IMG/VR virus record: IMGVR_UViG_3300048930_000296
Coordinates: 1 to 60,621 of that record
Direction: 5' to 3' (one strand)
DNA from: a virus
Taxonomy: Duplodnaviria > Caudoviricetes
DNA: 60,621 nt
The notes under the pieces are model-generated. The model saw only the letters and a list, made by a program, of their open reading frames with translations. It was not told where the DNA came from and did no database searches. Of this stretch, positions 18,091-28,314 are shown piece by piece (position 1 is the first letter of the stretch; each line of letters starts with the position of its first letter). The position numbers were made by a program, and so were the translations under genes.

Positions 18091-19968
18091 TCAGAACGGA
18101 ATGTCATCATCGTCAATGACTCGGGTTTCGCCTGCTTGCGTCGTTCCTGGTTTCTTCAACGTCGACATGTAGCCGGCAATCGCGGAAGTATCTGCTTCCA
18201 GCTCAATTGAAGGACCTTCGTCGTAATCTGAGCGCTCGGTTGCACCGAAGGCGGTTCCATCAAGGCAGGTCGCCATAATTTCCGGATATTGCTTGTTTGT
18301 CCAGACTCGCAAGTGTGTTGCAACGGGCAAGTTCTTCAAGACCGAAAGGACATGGTCTGTGGATCCAACAAAAGGTTCTTTAGTCCGTTCCCGCCACCAC
18401 TGTTGCGCTTTGCGAAGCGCATACTTATCGTGCTCAGGGCAGACGTATTCACTAAAGACACGACGACCGCAGTAGTATGAGACTTTAATCGACGGGGGCC
18501 GACCTTCTTTAAGATGCTTCTTGGCTACAACGTGGTCGACCGCAAATATCTGCATGACCGGAAAGTCACCTCGGATAAGTTGCTCAGACGCAGCTTCTTC
18601 TTTGAGTTTATTCGTGAACTGAAACTCATGTCCACACTCTTTGCCAGTTGAGCTGTCAATGCCAGTGCAGAATCGGGCGCTTGCGTGGCAGTAGCAGTGG
18701 CAGACCGGGCATTCCTTAACCGGCGCTTCACCTCCGCCTTCACCCTTTCGCTTCGGAATTACAGGATCGTTGACTGGACCGAGACGCTTTGTATTCTGGG
18801 CGTAATCAAGAACGAGACAGTTCTGCTTAGGACTTGCAGCAATCGACGCCAATCTACCCTCAGGGGTGTCAAGGTCAAACAGCGGTCCACCGTTATGCCC
18901 AGTCATTGGGTTGTGATAGAACGGTCGTGTTCCACGGCCAAGCATCTGCACCCAAAGAACGGGTGAAGCAGTTGGACGCAGAACAACAATCATGTCAATT
19001 CCAGGATCATCAAATCCCGTTGTCAACACATTGTTGTTCACCAGCGCGCGAAGCTTACCAGCTTTGAAATCACGAATTGCTTGGTCCCGACCTTCGCGCT
19101 TGCTATGGACGCAACCCGCAGAAACGCCAAGCAGATTAAGCATATCGGCAATGTGGTCAGCGTGATCGGTCCCAGACGCAAAGACCAGCCACTTGTTTCG
19201 ATCGTGCCCAAGCTCCATGGCTTCACGAAGTGCTGCCATTGTTGTTTCGTCTTTGTCGACAGCTTTCTGAAGCTCACTCTCAATGAACTCGCCGCCCCGC
19301 ATATGCACGCCCTCAACATCAAGTTTAGTGGCTGTCCGGCGTGGCACAAGCGGAACAAGGTAGCCTTCAGAAATCAGTCGATTGAATGCAATCACCCCCG
19401 TTATGTCGAAACATACGTCGGTGAAGATGCTTGGTGTTTCACTCTTGTCCGGATTAACCACAGGGCTGGTGATGTGCCCATGCCCAAGCCTCCACGGAGT
19501 TGCTGTCAACCCTATGACCTTCAGCATGGGGTTCATCGCGAGCAGTGCGTTAATGAACGTTTGATACATTGTCGACTCAGCTGGGCTTACCAGATGCGCT
19601 TCGTCAACAATAATCAAATCAACGTGCCCGAACAACGAAGCCTTATTAGCTACGGAAGCGATGCCAGCAAAGGTGATCGGACGATTGTGGGTCTTCTGGT
19701 TCAGGCCTGCACTGTATATCCCCGCTGGCGCAAAAGGCCAGACCATCATCAGCTTCTCATAGTTCTGTTGGATAAGCTCTTTAACGTGTGTCAGGATCAT
19801 CACTTTCTGGCCTGGAAAGTGCGAGTAGATTGACTGCAAGAATCGAGCGATGATAATCGACTTGCCCGTTCCCGTAGGCATAGCAACGACCGGGTTTCCG
19901 GAATTGCTTCTGAAATAATCCCAGATTGATGCTACTGCTTCAGTTTGGTAAGGCCGGTCCCTGATCAT
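18091..19968 (-). CDS. SF2 helicase (RadD/UvsW-like) with Zn ribbon
   Basis: RPYQ, PTGTGKS, DEAH, TATP, LTTGFD, QMLGRGTR, CPVC; acidic DDDDIPF tail. Confidence 0.92.
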   Translation of the reverse strand: MIRDRPYQTEAVASIWDYFRSNSGNPVVAMPTGTGKSIIIARFLQSIYSHFPGQKVMILTHVKELIQQNYEKLMMVWPFAPAGIYSAGLNQKTHNRPITFAGIASVANKASLFGHVDLIIVDEAHLVSPAESTMYQTFINALLAMNPMLKVIGLTATPWRLGHGHITSPVVNPDKSETPSIFTDVCFDITGVIAFNRLISEGYLVPLVPRRTATKLDVEGVHMRGGEFIESELQKAVDKDETTMAALREAMELGHDRNKWLVFASGTDHADHIADMLNLLGVSAGCVHSKREGRDQAIRDFKAGKLRALVNNNVLTTGFDDPGIDMIVVLRPTASPVLWVQMLGRGTRPFYHNPMTGHNGGPLFDLDTPEGRLASIAASPKQNCLVLDYAQNTKRLGPVNDPVIPKRKGEGGGEAPVKECPVCHCYCHASARFCTGIDSSTGKECGHEFQFTNKLKEEAASEQLIRGDFPVMQIFAVDHVVAKKHLKEGRPPSIKVSYYCGRRVFSEYVCPEHDKYALRKAQQWWRERTKEPFVGSTDHVLSVLKNLPVATHLRVWTNKQYPEIMATCLDGTAFGATERSDYDEGPSIELEADTSAIAGYMSTLKKPGTTQAGETRVIDDDDIPF

Positions 19969-20933
19969 CAGATAACTCTCGAGCGCTCGTAGTGGCTGCA
20001 ACCAGTTAGTTGTGTCTTCTTATCAATCGGGCCTGGGCAGACAACGTTTGAGCATTGCCAGACGCCACCGGGTGCAGGGTCAGAAAAGCGGCAAGTTCGG
20101 CAGTTGATGTCCGGCGCGGCGCCAAGGTGGCAGACGGGTTTGTGGTCACAGAATCTGCACTTCCAGAAGCCTGGGCTAGGATTCAATTTGTCGGGCGGCG
20201 TCTTGCTCCAGATGATTTGCTCACCTTTGTCAAGATACATCTGAGCCAGAAGCGGGTCGACCGTAAGAACCTCAGCGTAGAGATCATCGGTGTTCTTGTT
20301 CACCGCAACGTAGAGCGCGTGACCGATTCCCATCTTGTGCATATAGAGGTTCATCTGAACATAGTGTTCGAACTTTGCCTCCTTGACACCTTTCCCGGGA
20401 AACTTCGTAGTCTTTCCTGCAAGGTAGTCACGCCAGTCTTTCAGCGGACCAGCAAGCTCAATAAACGATTTTTCGCTATGCGTCTTGAACTCGCTCAGTG
20501 CAGGAAGCCCGGGCGGTATATCAGGAACGTTGATTGCGATACCGTCACCGCTGCCGCCCCCATGCCCGTCGCCAAAGTGGATACGAAACTGTTTCCCGTT
20601 TTCGTCCTGCTGATAAATCTGGCAACCAATCATCAGAAGCAGCGCAATAAAACGAGCTTCTTCAAGATGTCCCCGGTTGAACAACCGCAGCATCCGCCCT
20701 TCAAATGCCCCTTTTGTTGTCCAGTGAAAGTTATACCAGATTGCCCGATTGCACTCTTGCCCAAGAATGGACGCGCCAAGGTGCGACCTATGCTCTTCTT
20801 CATCGGTGCGATATGCGTCGCCTATATGCGGAATGACTTTTCCGAGCCATCCACGAAAGGAAGCACCTCCGTCAGCTGCAACGATTTCGTCGATTCTGCG
20901 GAGTGTCGCAAAGGCGACTTTTACGTTTGTCAT
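19968..20933 (-). CDS. PD-(D/E)XK Cas4-like exonuclease
   Basis: HLGAS..G.EC, DG...EFKT, QMNLYM, CRFC...C Fe-S-type cysteines. Confidence 0.82.
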   Translation of the reverse strand: MTNVKVAFATLRRIDEIVAADGGASFRGWLGKVIPHIGDAYRTDEEEHRSHLGASILGQECNRAIWYNFHWTTKGAFEGRMLRLFNRGHLEEARFIALLLMIGCQIYQQDENGKQFRIHFGDGHGGGSGDGIAINVPDIPPGLPALSEFKTHSEKSFIELAGPLKDWRDYLAGKTTKFPGKGVKEAKFEHYVQMNLYMHKMGIGHALYVAVNKNTDDLYAEVLTVDPLLAQMYLDKGEQIIWSKTPPDKLNPSPGFWKCRFCDHKPVCHLGAAPDINCRTCRFSDPAPGGVWQCSNVVCPGPIDKKTQLTGCSHYERSRVI

Positions 20934-20993
20934 CTGTTCCTCGCTGACTGAAAATGGCGCCCGTTTCCAGGCGCCTAGTTGAGGCAGCGAGCG

Positions 20994-21869
20994 TCAGCCG
21001 CCAGGCTTCTGAGTCCACGGAGGCGCGAACCCCTGAGCGGGGTGCGGTGCCTCGGGCGCAGCAGGAGCACCAGCCGCAGCGGGCGGAGCGCCAGGCGCAG
21101 CGCCACCGGGTTGCCCCCAAGGCTGCTGACCTGCCGGTTGCTGCCAACCCCCTTGTGCGGGCGGCGCTGCGGGCGCTGCGGGCGCTGCGGGCGGGGCAGG
21201 GGGTGCCGCTGGTGCAGCAGGCTGAGCAGGGAACCGAGCACGAAGATCAGCTTCGCTGAGAACTTCGTTTCCGGCGTAGTAGTAGCCGGGTGCGCTCGGA
21301 TGTGCCAACCAACCCGCAGGCGGGAACGCTGCGGCCGGCGGGGCGACCGGGGGTGCTGCCGGCGGAGCTGCGGGCGGTGCTGCCTGGGTCTGTTGCGCCC
21401 AGGGCTGCGCGGGCGGAATCTGGGCAGCGGGCGGTGCGGTAGCGGCCGGAGCACCAGCAGGCTGACCATCGACAGCTTCGTTGATGTTCTTGAAGCTGCG
21501 AAGCTCGTTCGACGGTTCGTAGCCCTCATCCTTCTTGACGATGGCTTTCACCTTCATCGGGATGTTGTGGAGCTGCTGCGTATCGCTCAGCTGCAGAACG
21601 CCGGCAGCGTGGCAAAGAGCGGACAGCTGGCGCTGAGCGATCTCGGACGTCTGAGCGTTCGTGTGCTGCAGATTGAACCGGGCGAACAGCTTCCGGCCCT
21701 TGTATTGGCCGTCGAGAATGGTGAACCGAAACTGCGTGTAGCTGTTCACGCCGTCCTTGGTCGGCTTGTTGCCGCTTTCGTCGATCGCCGCGTTATACCA
21801 GCCAGCGGGAACGACTTCGATCCCGTTGTCCGGTTCAACTTTGGACGCGTCAAAGTGAAGTTGTGCCAT
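20994..21869 (-). CDS. Single-stranded DNA-binding protein (DUF669-like) with Pro/Ala-rich tail
   Basis: PAGWY...YKGRKLF...N motif; next to Sak4-like ATPase. Confidence 0.78.
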   Translation of the reverse strand: MAQLHFDASKVEPDNGIEVVPAGWYNAAIDESGNKPTKDGVNSYTQFRFTILDGQYKGRKLFARFNLQHTNAQTSEIAQRQLSALCHAAGVLQLSDTQQLHNIPMKVKAIVKKDEGYEPSNELRSFKNINEAVDGQPAGAPAATAPPAAQIPPAQPWAQQTQAAPPAAPPAAPPVAPPAAAFPPAGWLAHPSAPGYYYAGNEVLSEADLRARFPAQPAAPAAPPAPPAAPAAPAAPPAQGGWQQPAGQQPWGQPGGAAPGAPPAAAGAPAAPEAPHPAQGFAPPWTQKPGG

Positions 21870-21883
21870 GTGGAACTGTTCCT

Positions 21884-22726
21884 TTACTGGCGGTTGAAGA
21901 TATCAATCCCGGTCTGCGTATAGACCGCGTGAGCAAGCGCGTTCCATCCATTCTGCGGGGGAGCTGGGATTGGAATTTCCCCCGTGATGCCAAACCTGTT
22001 CCCGGCGGTATAGCCTGGCGTCCTGCTCAGACCCAAGACCCGCCCCTTATTCTGGGACATAGCCTTGGACAAGTTATCGGTTTTGCTGACATAGACAGGT
22101 TCGTAGAGAAACCCGATAATGTCAGCCCATTGGGTCATGCGTTCACGCTTCCCATAGGTCTTCTGGTTTTTCGGGGAATGCAGAAGCAAGTCCCACGAAT
22201 CGTATTCGCCCGCGGTAGGGTCCATCACCTTGCTTGAAAACACGTGGCAGGTGAGAACAATGTTCAGACCCCCGTAGACCGCCAGCGCGTCAAGTTTCAC
22301 AAGGATAGCGTCAAGGTCTTCGTTGGCAAGGTTGTATCCCTTCCCATAACCCCCGTGGCAACTTTCCATCGTGATGATTTTCTTGCTCCCAGGGCGGTAG
22401 AGCGGGTCGCGTTCGATCACCGCGTCATGGATCATCCGTTCCAATGCGGTGGCACTGTCAAAGACAAGTGTCTTGAATGGGAAATTCCCTTGCTGCGCAT
22501 ACATCGTCACTTCGTCAATCAGCGAGTGGACTTGCGCAAGCGTCTCAAGCCTTGGGGTCTTCGCAACAGCGACCCCCGCGAACCCGACTTCCAACGGAAC
22601 GAGCAGCGCGCCGGGCGCATAGCTGCACAAGGTAGTCTTGCCGAGCTTTTCCTGCCCCGCAATCAGAATTCGCAACCCGGTCCGGGTGGCACCCGTCGTG
22701 ATTCCACCAAGGATGCTCTGGCTCAT
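21884..22726 (-). CDS. Sak4-like AAA_24 ATPase / annealase
   Basis: Walker A GQEKLGKTT, TLVFDS, GGYGKGY. Confidence 0.85.
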   Translation of the reverse strand: MSQSILGGITTGATRTGLRILIAGQEKLGKTTLCSYAPGALLVPLEVGFAGVAVAKTPRLETLAQVHSLIDEVTMYAQQGNFPFKTLVFDSATALERMIHDAVIERDPLYRPGSKKIITMESCHGGYGKGYNLANEDLDAILVKLDALAVYGGLNIVLTCHVFSSKVMDPTAGEYDSWDLLLHSPKNQKTYGKRERMTQWADIIGFLYEPVYVSKTDNLSKAMSQNKGRVLGLSRTPGYTAGNRFGITGEIPIPAPPQNGWNALAHAVYTQTGIDIFNRQ

Positions 22727-23661
22727 GACATGTCCTCTTTCATGCGAATGCTCTGGAAGGTCGGGAATCGCAACTTGTCCTTCACTCCATGCGGGAAGTA
22801 TTGGAATTTCACAACCCTACCAACAATTTCAGCGGGGTGCAACAGGTAATGCGCCCGCTCTTCAGACGTCATTTTGCCAGCTGCGATTGTGATTTCTTCA
22901 CCAGCTTCGAACCGCTTATTCGGCGTTTCAATCGGCGCAAGAAGTTTCGCAGTCAGCGTGCCGACAAGACCGTTCTTGACCATGTTAGCTTGATGCGTGC
23001 TGCGCTCAGTGTATCCGAGCGCGTTGATTGTTGCTTCGTTGTTGTTGGTTTCCCCTTCGTGGACAGCAGTAACCACAGCTTCAGCGTCCATGAACGCCTT
23101 GATGCGCAACAAACCGCCTTCGCGAATCGTGCTGCGGCCTGACTTGTGTGGCGCGTGCGGGTCACGAAGAATTGTTCCTTCGTAGCCAAGTGCAGCGTTG
23201 ACATCAATCCGTGACTGAAGCTCGTCCATGTTGTGGCAGAGCACGCCTTCAACGACTTGCACGTGACGGAAAATGTCATTCCCCGCTGCGCCAAGCTTGG
23301 CAACTTCCTGATGCAGAATCTGAATTCGCTGCATGTAGGGCAAGCCTTTCGTGTCAGCCCGAACAAGATCAAACAGGTGCCAAGCAACCCAAGGCGAACC
23401 ATCATGCGAGCTGAGTGCGCTTGTGGTCATCCTGCACAGATCAGGATGCGTTTCAACTTCAACCGCCATTTCGCCATCGAAACCAAGGGTTGCGCTGTGG
23501 CTGAAGATACGGCTGACATACTTGTTGCCGAATGGCTTCAAGCTGCGCCCGGTGACCTGCCCGAAAAGGTTGATAGCGCGAACCCCGTCGATTTTGGGCT
23601 GCGCCAGAACCGGAAACTTGACCTTCTCCGGGTCCCAGTCATCAGCAAGCATTGGTTTCAT
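22723..23661 (-). CDS. lig: ATP-dependent DNA ligase
   Basis: PMLA, PKIDGVR (KxDG), FDGE, EGTILR, LRFPTF. Confidence 0.93.
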   Translation of the reverse strand: MKPMLADDWDPEKVKFPVLAQPKIDGVRAINLFGQVTGRSLKPFGNKYVSRIFSHSATLGFDGEMAVEVETHPDLCRMTTSALSSHDGSPWVAWHLFDLVRADTKGLPYMQRIQILHQEVAKLGAAGNDIFRHVQVVEGVLCHNMDELQSRIDVNAALGYEGTILRDPHAPHKSGRSTIREGGLLRIKAFMDAEAVVTAVHEGETNNNEATINALGYTERSTHQANMVKNGLVGTLTAKLLAPIETPNKRFEAGEEITIAAGKMTSEERAHYLLHPAEIVGRVVKFQYFPHGVKDKLRFPTFQSIRMKEDMS

Positions 23662-23957
23662 TTCGGCGCCTCCAGTTGCAGCTGAGCAATGGTTCCGTCC
23701 GGTTGCGCTTCAAGAGCAACATAGCCGTCACCGGGTTTCACGCAGAGGCGCCCGAACTTGTCCTTGAACAGCGGGCCCTCATACGCCAACAAGTCCAACG
23801 TGCAACCCTCAACACTGGACTTGCCATCTGCGTTCAAGCGAACAAACCCGCCGCCGAACTTGGCAAAGAGCTGCCCACGATATTCGTAGATATCACAAGG
23901 CTTGTAGATGCCTCCTTTGCGAACAACTGCGCTTTGTCCGATCAGTTGGGTGAACAT
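23658..23957 (-). CDS. Hypothetical protein
   Basis: GAGG RBS, overlaps neighbours. Confidence 0.7.
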   Translation of the reverse strand: MFTQLIGQSAVVRKGGIYKPCDIYEYRGQLFAKFGGGFVRLNADGKSSVEGCTLDLLAYEGPLFKDKFGRLCVKPGDGYVALEAQPDGTIAQLQLEAPK

Positions 23958-24418
23958 GCACTAGACCTCAGCTTGTGGCGAACCTTCCGCATTGCCTGCT
24001 TGGCACGCTGGTCGCAATGGTTGTTGGCGGCAAAGCGTGCCCCCGGCGCATCACTATGCCCTTTCACATGGCGAAACTGAATTGTCAAATTCTTATCCGC
24101 CTTGTATCCGTCAAGGAAGCTTACTGCATCCCGTTCAGCCTGCTCGCCTGGAATGCGGCGACCTTCAAACGCCGCAATCGTGTTCTTGCTGTCAGTTTGC
24201 ACAAGGACAACATCACCCGGTTCAACAAGGCCCGAGTTAACAGCTTCGACAAGCGCGTTGCAGACAGCTTTCATTTCAACTTCAGTCGGGTTAATGCAGA
24301 CCCCTTTTATGGGTCCAGCACCAGGCTTCTTTCCACGGTAACTGGCAATCCAGTAACCGAAACCTCCTGCCCCTGTCTCGGGGCAGAAGGAACCATCAAC
24401 CATCAGGGTGACTTGCAT
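23942..24418 (-). CDS. rnhA: Ribonuclease HI
   Basis: VDGS, E, TDS, HVKGHS, N..CD..A motifs. Confidence 0.9.
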   Translation of the reverse strand: MQVTLMVDGSFCPETGAGGFGYWIASYRGKKPGAGPIKGVCINPTEVEMKAVCNALVEAVNSGLVEPGDVVLVQTDSKNTIAAFEGRRIPGEQAERDAVSFLDGYKADKNLTIQFRHVKGHSDAPGARFAANNHCDQRAKQAMRKVRHKLRSSACSPN

Positions 24419-24885
24419 TAGGTCTGCACCCTCTTCGGGATCACAATCTCCAGCGACGGTGAACCGTCCTTGATGATCAAGCACTGGTCAAAGTAGTGCC
24501 GTTCGTTGTCGGTCAGCTTGCGGTATTCGCTGATCGCCAACTCGGGCTTCCACCTGATCAGTTCGTCAAGTTTCAAAAGCGGAACCTGCGGGACGGTTCC
24601 CGGCGCCTTGCTTTCGCCCCAGTTCTCTTCCTGCGCCTTCTTCAACGCATCCAGCGCCGCGACGTCAACCTTGCGGTCGATCACACGGTTCGCCTTCAGG
24701 ACTGCACCAGTCCCATCGCCGATGTCGTAGTTGTTGGTCCCTTCCTTGGGGTCCTGGAAATAGTGGCGGTAGATGCGCCCGCGGAGCAGCGCTTCAGCTT
24801 GCTTCACCTTTGCAAGCGTGTCTTTGAGTTCATACCACTGCGCCAGCTCTTGCGGGGTGACGGGGTCGGGGTTGATGTCAACCAT
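24418..24885 (-). CDS. Conserved phage hypothetical protein
   Basis: Coupled ORF with protein-like composition (RWKPEL...IKDGSPSLEI). Confidence 0.75.
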   Translation of the reverse strand: MVDINPDPVTPQELAQWYELKDTLAKVKQAEALLRGRIYRHYFQDPKEGTNNYDIGDGTGAVLKANRVIDRKVDVAALDALKKAQEENWGESKAPGTVPQVPLLKLDELIRWKPELAISEYRKLTDNERHYFDQCLIIKDGSPSLEIVIPKRVQT

Positions 24886-25126
24886 TGTTCGGATCCTTCG
24901 GTTTCTGGCCCAAGAAGCGTCTCTGGGCAGGTTTCGGGGTTAGTTCAGGCAGTATAAGCGGCGCGGGGCATTCTGTAAAGAGGGCTGTGTGGGCATAGCC
25001 ACCCAAATAGCCGTCAAACACGAAGTATTGATCTCCGCGCCGCAAAAGAACGACACCAACAATGCCGGAGTCATCAAGAACGAGCTCCTCCTTGGAGCCA
25101 TCGCTCAGCTGGAGGAGCGCACGCAT
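24878..25126 (-). CDS. Hypothetical protein
   Basis: TGATG coupling, GGAGG RBS. Confidence 0.65.
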   Translation of the reverse strand: MRALLQLSDGSKEELVLDDSGIVGVVLLRRGDQYFVFDGYLGGYAHTALFTECPAPLILPELTPKPAQRRFLGQKPKDPNNG

Positions 25127-25401
25127 CAGTTCCCCTCCGCTTCCGAAAGCTCGTCGATCAGCTGGTCAACCTTTGCCACCAACTCATCAAGCGTGTCACA
25201 GATTTCTTCAGAGGTGCTCTGCGCGGTGTCGAGTGCATCAGCGGCAGCTTCGATTGCCTGCCCCCGTTCAGCTTGCTGCAACCCTTCAGAAAGGTTGTCA
25301 AACTTTTCACGCTCTTCACTTGCGAGCTCTTCGATCTCACTCTTGATGTCGTCAAGAGCTGCGACCCATTTCGCAATGAGCTTTCTTCCTTCTGCGTTCA
25401 T
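25126..25401 (-). CDS. Acidic coiled-coil protein
   Basis: AGGAG RBS, promoter upstream, strongly acidic helix. Confidence 0.75.
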   Translation of the reverse strand: MNAEGRKLIAKWVAALDDIKSEIEELASEEREKFDNLSEGLQQAERGQAIEAAADALDTAQSTSEEICDTLDELVAKVDQLIDELSEAEGN

Positions 25402-25439
25402 GTCAAACTCCTATCAACGCGGGCAACCCCGCAGAACTA

Positions 25440-25468
25440 ACCTTAAACGCCATTCGGTTCGATTGCAA
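25440..25468 (-). promoter_or_regulatory. Sigma70-like promoter
   Basis: TTGCAA-17-TAAGGT, followed by GCGGG-GTTG-CCCGC hairpin. Confidence 0.6.
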
Positions 25469-25471
25469 CAC

Positions 25472-27994
25472 CTAATTTGCCAAATCGTCAACTGCTTGGT
25501 TAGGCAGCTGAATAATCTTGAAGGCTTTCCCGTGGAAGTTGTAGGCGTCAGCAACCGCGTCTTTCTTGGCTTCCATAATGTATCCCGAAGCCATCATAGA
25601 TGCAAGAGCATCATCCAGCGCACGGTTTGAACCTGCCTTGTGGTTAAGGAAGGATGAAACTCTCTGCGTTCTGACTTGCAGATAGCTTCTTGGTATAATC
25701 GCGTTCAACCGCATTGGCTCAGGAACCTTATAGCCATCTGGAACAGGTTTCGACAGGTAATCGTGCATAATCGAAACAAGCTTCCGCTCGCGTGATTTGT
25801 CACCCTGTCCAACGTCGCCGCTTTCAAGACGCTTGCTCATAATTGCTATATCTTTCCTGACCACAGCTTGCGCCCACTGCACCTGTTCCAAGGTGATACA
25901 AGGTGTCAGCCAATTGTCAGCAACCGCCAGAAGCCCTGCAATTCTGAGTGATTTAAGCGCAGCACGGTTCCACATCTGCCTGCGCGATTCGTCGTTCGTT
26001 CCATTGATTTTGTTATCACACTCGAGCTCAAACGATTCCATCAGAATGCGAGCATCTTCGGTGCGGTTGATCAACTGCGAGTAATCTTTCGCAGTCATGT
26101 TGTCTGCCTGCTGGGCGATAGAATTGAGTGCTCGCTTCATATATTCATCAGGTGCGGTCAACGGAAGCTTGTTCGCTTCAGGGCGCAATCCGTCATATTC
26201 AACAATCAGGAAGCGTGACATAAACCCGTCTTCCATCATGCTTTCAGTCAGCGAGTCGTAGAATGTCCCCGGTGTTGTTTCGCCGATCATGCTGTAGCTG
26301 ACACCGCTAATCGATGCAACGTTGTTATCGGTTGCGCTATACCCGATGCCCCCAACTATAGATTGCGGGCCTGACTTCTGGTAGAGGTTCGTCATCTGCG
26401 TTCGCAGTGTTTGGATTGGACCATCTCGTCCATCCTCATGCGCAAGACGCTTCAGCTTTCGCCCCCACTCACCACTAACATTCAGGAAACACGGGTTAGC
26501 GACGCAAGCTTTGATAAGCGCAGGACCGGAAGCGTATTCTGTGAAGTCGACAAACTTCTGGAATGCAGGGTTCTCTCGCTTGCAAGCGCTCACAATCTCA
26601 CTGATCCCGTTGTGCATCGTTTCTTTACCGATAGCAGATTTCGCAATCAGGATAATATAAAGGTTCAAACCAGACTTTGGAATGTGCCACGCCTTACCAC
26701 ACAACCCGGCCAGCAGTCCAAGGGCTGCAACGATAGCAACCTCCTTGACCGGACGGTTCGCTGAGTTGTAGATATACCGTGCAATATGACCCGTGAACCC
26801 CGGCGGCCAAGGCAGCCCGTGCTCGCCGGCTTGCAGCGCCCCTTCAGTAATGGGTGCCAACCCTGCCAGCTGCACTGATTCGGGCGCTGGTGCCTGCGCT
26901 GGTGCGCTGCTGCCCGCAACGTGCAAAGGTGCCTCGCTGCGGGATTGTGGGGCACCGAATTCAACGGGGGTGGCTGCTACGCCCGTCAACCGTTGTATCT
27001 CAGCGGCGGTGCGCTCGCGAACGGTGCGGTTGGCTTCAGCAAATGCTTCAGCCTGCTTCAGCATGATGCTAATGTCAGCGCGCTGTTCTCGAGCTTCACG
27101 TTCCCTGATTGTGGTTAACGTCAAGTTCAAGTAACGATCGTCCTTGACAGCCTTTTCACGCTTGCCCAATCCACTCTCACGGAACAACCGTCTGCACTGA
27201 GAATTCGATGGACTGTAGAACGTAAGCATTGACATCAGCGCAAGGTCAGCTTCAGATTGGGAAGGAAAGTCAAGTTCCTTCCAACGGCCTTCCCAAAGTG
27301 GGATAAACTTTTCGCTGTTGGCTGCGCGGAATGCAGTTTCAAGAACTGCCCAGTCATCTTCTCGCTCAGGATGTTCCTCGAGCTTAAACTCACCTGGAGC
27401 AGGCATCATCCGTGAAACAAGGTTAGCCAGCATCAGTCGATTATCACGAATAGGGCGTGACATCACAACTTTACCAGTGCTGATAATGAAACGCTCCTGG
27501 CTGTATACCTCAACCCCGTCACGACGGAACCCTCGACCGACGTTACCTTTTATCCAAACGTGGACCCCTTTACCTCCACGGCTCAGCTCGGTGTAGCTGT
27601 CGAACTGCGTCATGATGCTGGTATATCGGTCGAACTGCTCAGGCGTTGTCCACAGGTGTGGCTCTGATGGGTTGCTCTGCGCGTCTTTGACGTCAAGGTC
27701 AATACAGGTAAACGGGTCAGCTTCATGCAGTATGAATCCAACGTCATACCCTGCCTGCTCAACAATGCTCCCATCTTTCAAAACATGTCGAGTGATAGTT
27801 TGCCCGTTCTCCCAAGCGTATCGCGCCGCTTGCTCAAATGGCATCCACTGACTTGGTTGCGTCACTGAAGCGTGGAACAACTTTCCATCTGCACCAATTG
27901 ACATTGGTGCCTTACTGGCACCCGCGACGCACCACTGCGCCAGCTCCTTGAGCTCGTCAGGGATGGTCGGCCATCCCGCTGCCCGGTCATTCAT
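25472..27994 (-). CDS. Primase-polymerase (AEP, NrS-1-like) fused to a helicase-like domain
   Basis: CIDLD, ELSRGGKGVH, EVY...RF, SQSEAD; C-terminal AKSAIGKE, DGFMSRF. Confidence 0.85.
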   Translation of the reverse strand: MNDRAAGWPTIPDELKELAQWCVAGASKAPMSIGADGKLFHASVTQPSQWMPFEQAARYAWENGQTITRHVLKDGSIVEQAGYDVGFILHEADPFTCIDLDVKDAQSNPSEPHLWTTPEQFDRYTSIMTQFDSYTELSRGGKGVHVWIKGNVGRGFRRDGVEVYSQERFIISTGKVVMSRPIRDNRLMLANLVSRMMPAPGEFKLEEHPEREDDWAVLETAFRAANSEKFIPLWEGRWKELDFPSQSEADLALMSMLTFYSPSNSQCRRLFRESGLGKREKAVKDDRYLNLTLTTIREREAREQRADISIMLKQAEAFAEANRTVRERTAAEIQRLTGVAATPVEFGAPQSRSEAPLHVAGSSAPAQAPAPESVQLAGLAPITEGALQAGEHGLPWPPGFTGHIARYIYNSANRPVKEVAIVAALGLLAGLCGKAWHIPKSGLNLYIILIAKSAIGKETMHNGISEIVSACKRENPAFQKFVDFTEYASGPALIKACVANPCFLNVSGEWGRKLKRLAHEDGRDGPIQTLRTQMTNLYQKSGPQSIVGGIGYSATDNNVASISGVSYSMIGETTPGTFYDSLTESMMEDGFMSRFLIVEYDGLRPEANKLPLTAPDEYMKRALNSIAQQADNMTAKDYSQLINRTEDARILMESFELECDNKINGTNDESRRQMWNRAALKSLRIAGLLAVADNWLTPCITLEQVQWAQAVVRKDIAIMSKRLESGDVGQGDKSRERKLVSIMHDYLSKPVPDGYKVPEPMRLNAIIPRSYLQVRTQRVSSFLNHKAGSNRALDDALASMMASGYIMEAKKDAVADAYNFHGKAFKIIQLPNQAVDDLAN

Positions 27995-28230
27995 GCCCGC
28001 AGCTCCCCGCGCCTTGCTTTCAGATTAATGCGCCAAGCGTCAAGGTAAGGCATGACTTCACTGCGCTTCCAGAGCTGCACTTGTCCACTGCCCCCATCAA
28101 TCAAAATGGGCTCAGGAAGCAATCCCCTCTGCTTTCCTTGGACAATAGTAGATCTGTTGATATTCAGGTATTGGCAGATTTCCCTGGAGGTTATATACGT
28201 CTTGTCGAATTCTTCTTGTGCCGTCGGCAT
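27991..28230 (-). CDS. AlpA/Xis-like HTH DNA-binding protein
   Basis: EICQYLNINRSTI...LPEPI...W..SEV; GGAGGT RBS. Confidence 0.75.
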   Translation of the reverse strand: MPTAQEEFDKTYITSREICQYLNINRSTIVQGKQRGLLPEPILIDGGSGQVQLWKRSEVMPYLDAWRINLKARRGELRA

Positions 28231-28258
28231 ACTACCTCCAGGACCCGTGTAACGGGTG

Positions 28259-28287
28259 AGCATAAACAACCCGCTGGGGCTTCGCAA
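28259..28287 (-). promoter_or_regulatory. Sigma70-like promoter for the HTH-primase operon
   Basis: TTGCGA-17-TATGCT, followed by ACCCG/CGGGT hairpin. Confidence 0.6.
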
Positions 28288-28314
28288 CACCTGTTTTGCA
28301 AGTCTAAGCTAGCG

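Noticed and set aside
19968-20933. CRISPR-Cas system suggested by the Cas4-like nuclease
   Set aside because: No array or other cas genes; it sits in the usual Sak4/SSB/helicase recombination module.
21163-21189. 9-bp tandem repeat GGCGCTGCG x3
   Set aside because: It encodes Pro-Ala-Ala repeats in the SSB tail; ordinary low-complexity coding sequence.
27991-28230. Excisionase implying a temperate lifestyle
   Set aside because: No integrase, repressor or partition genes were recognised; the HTH gene is coupled to the primase.
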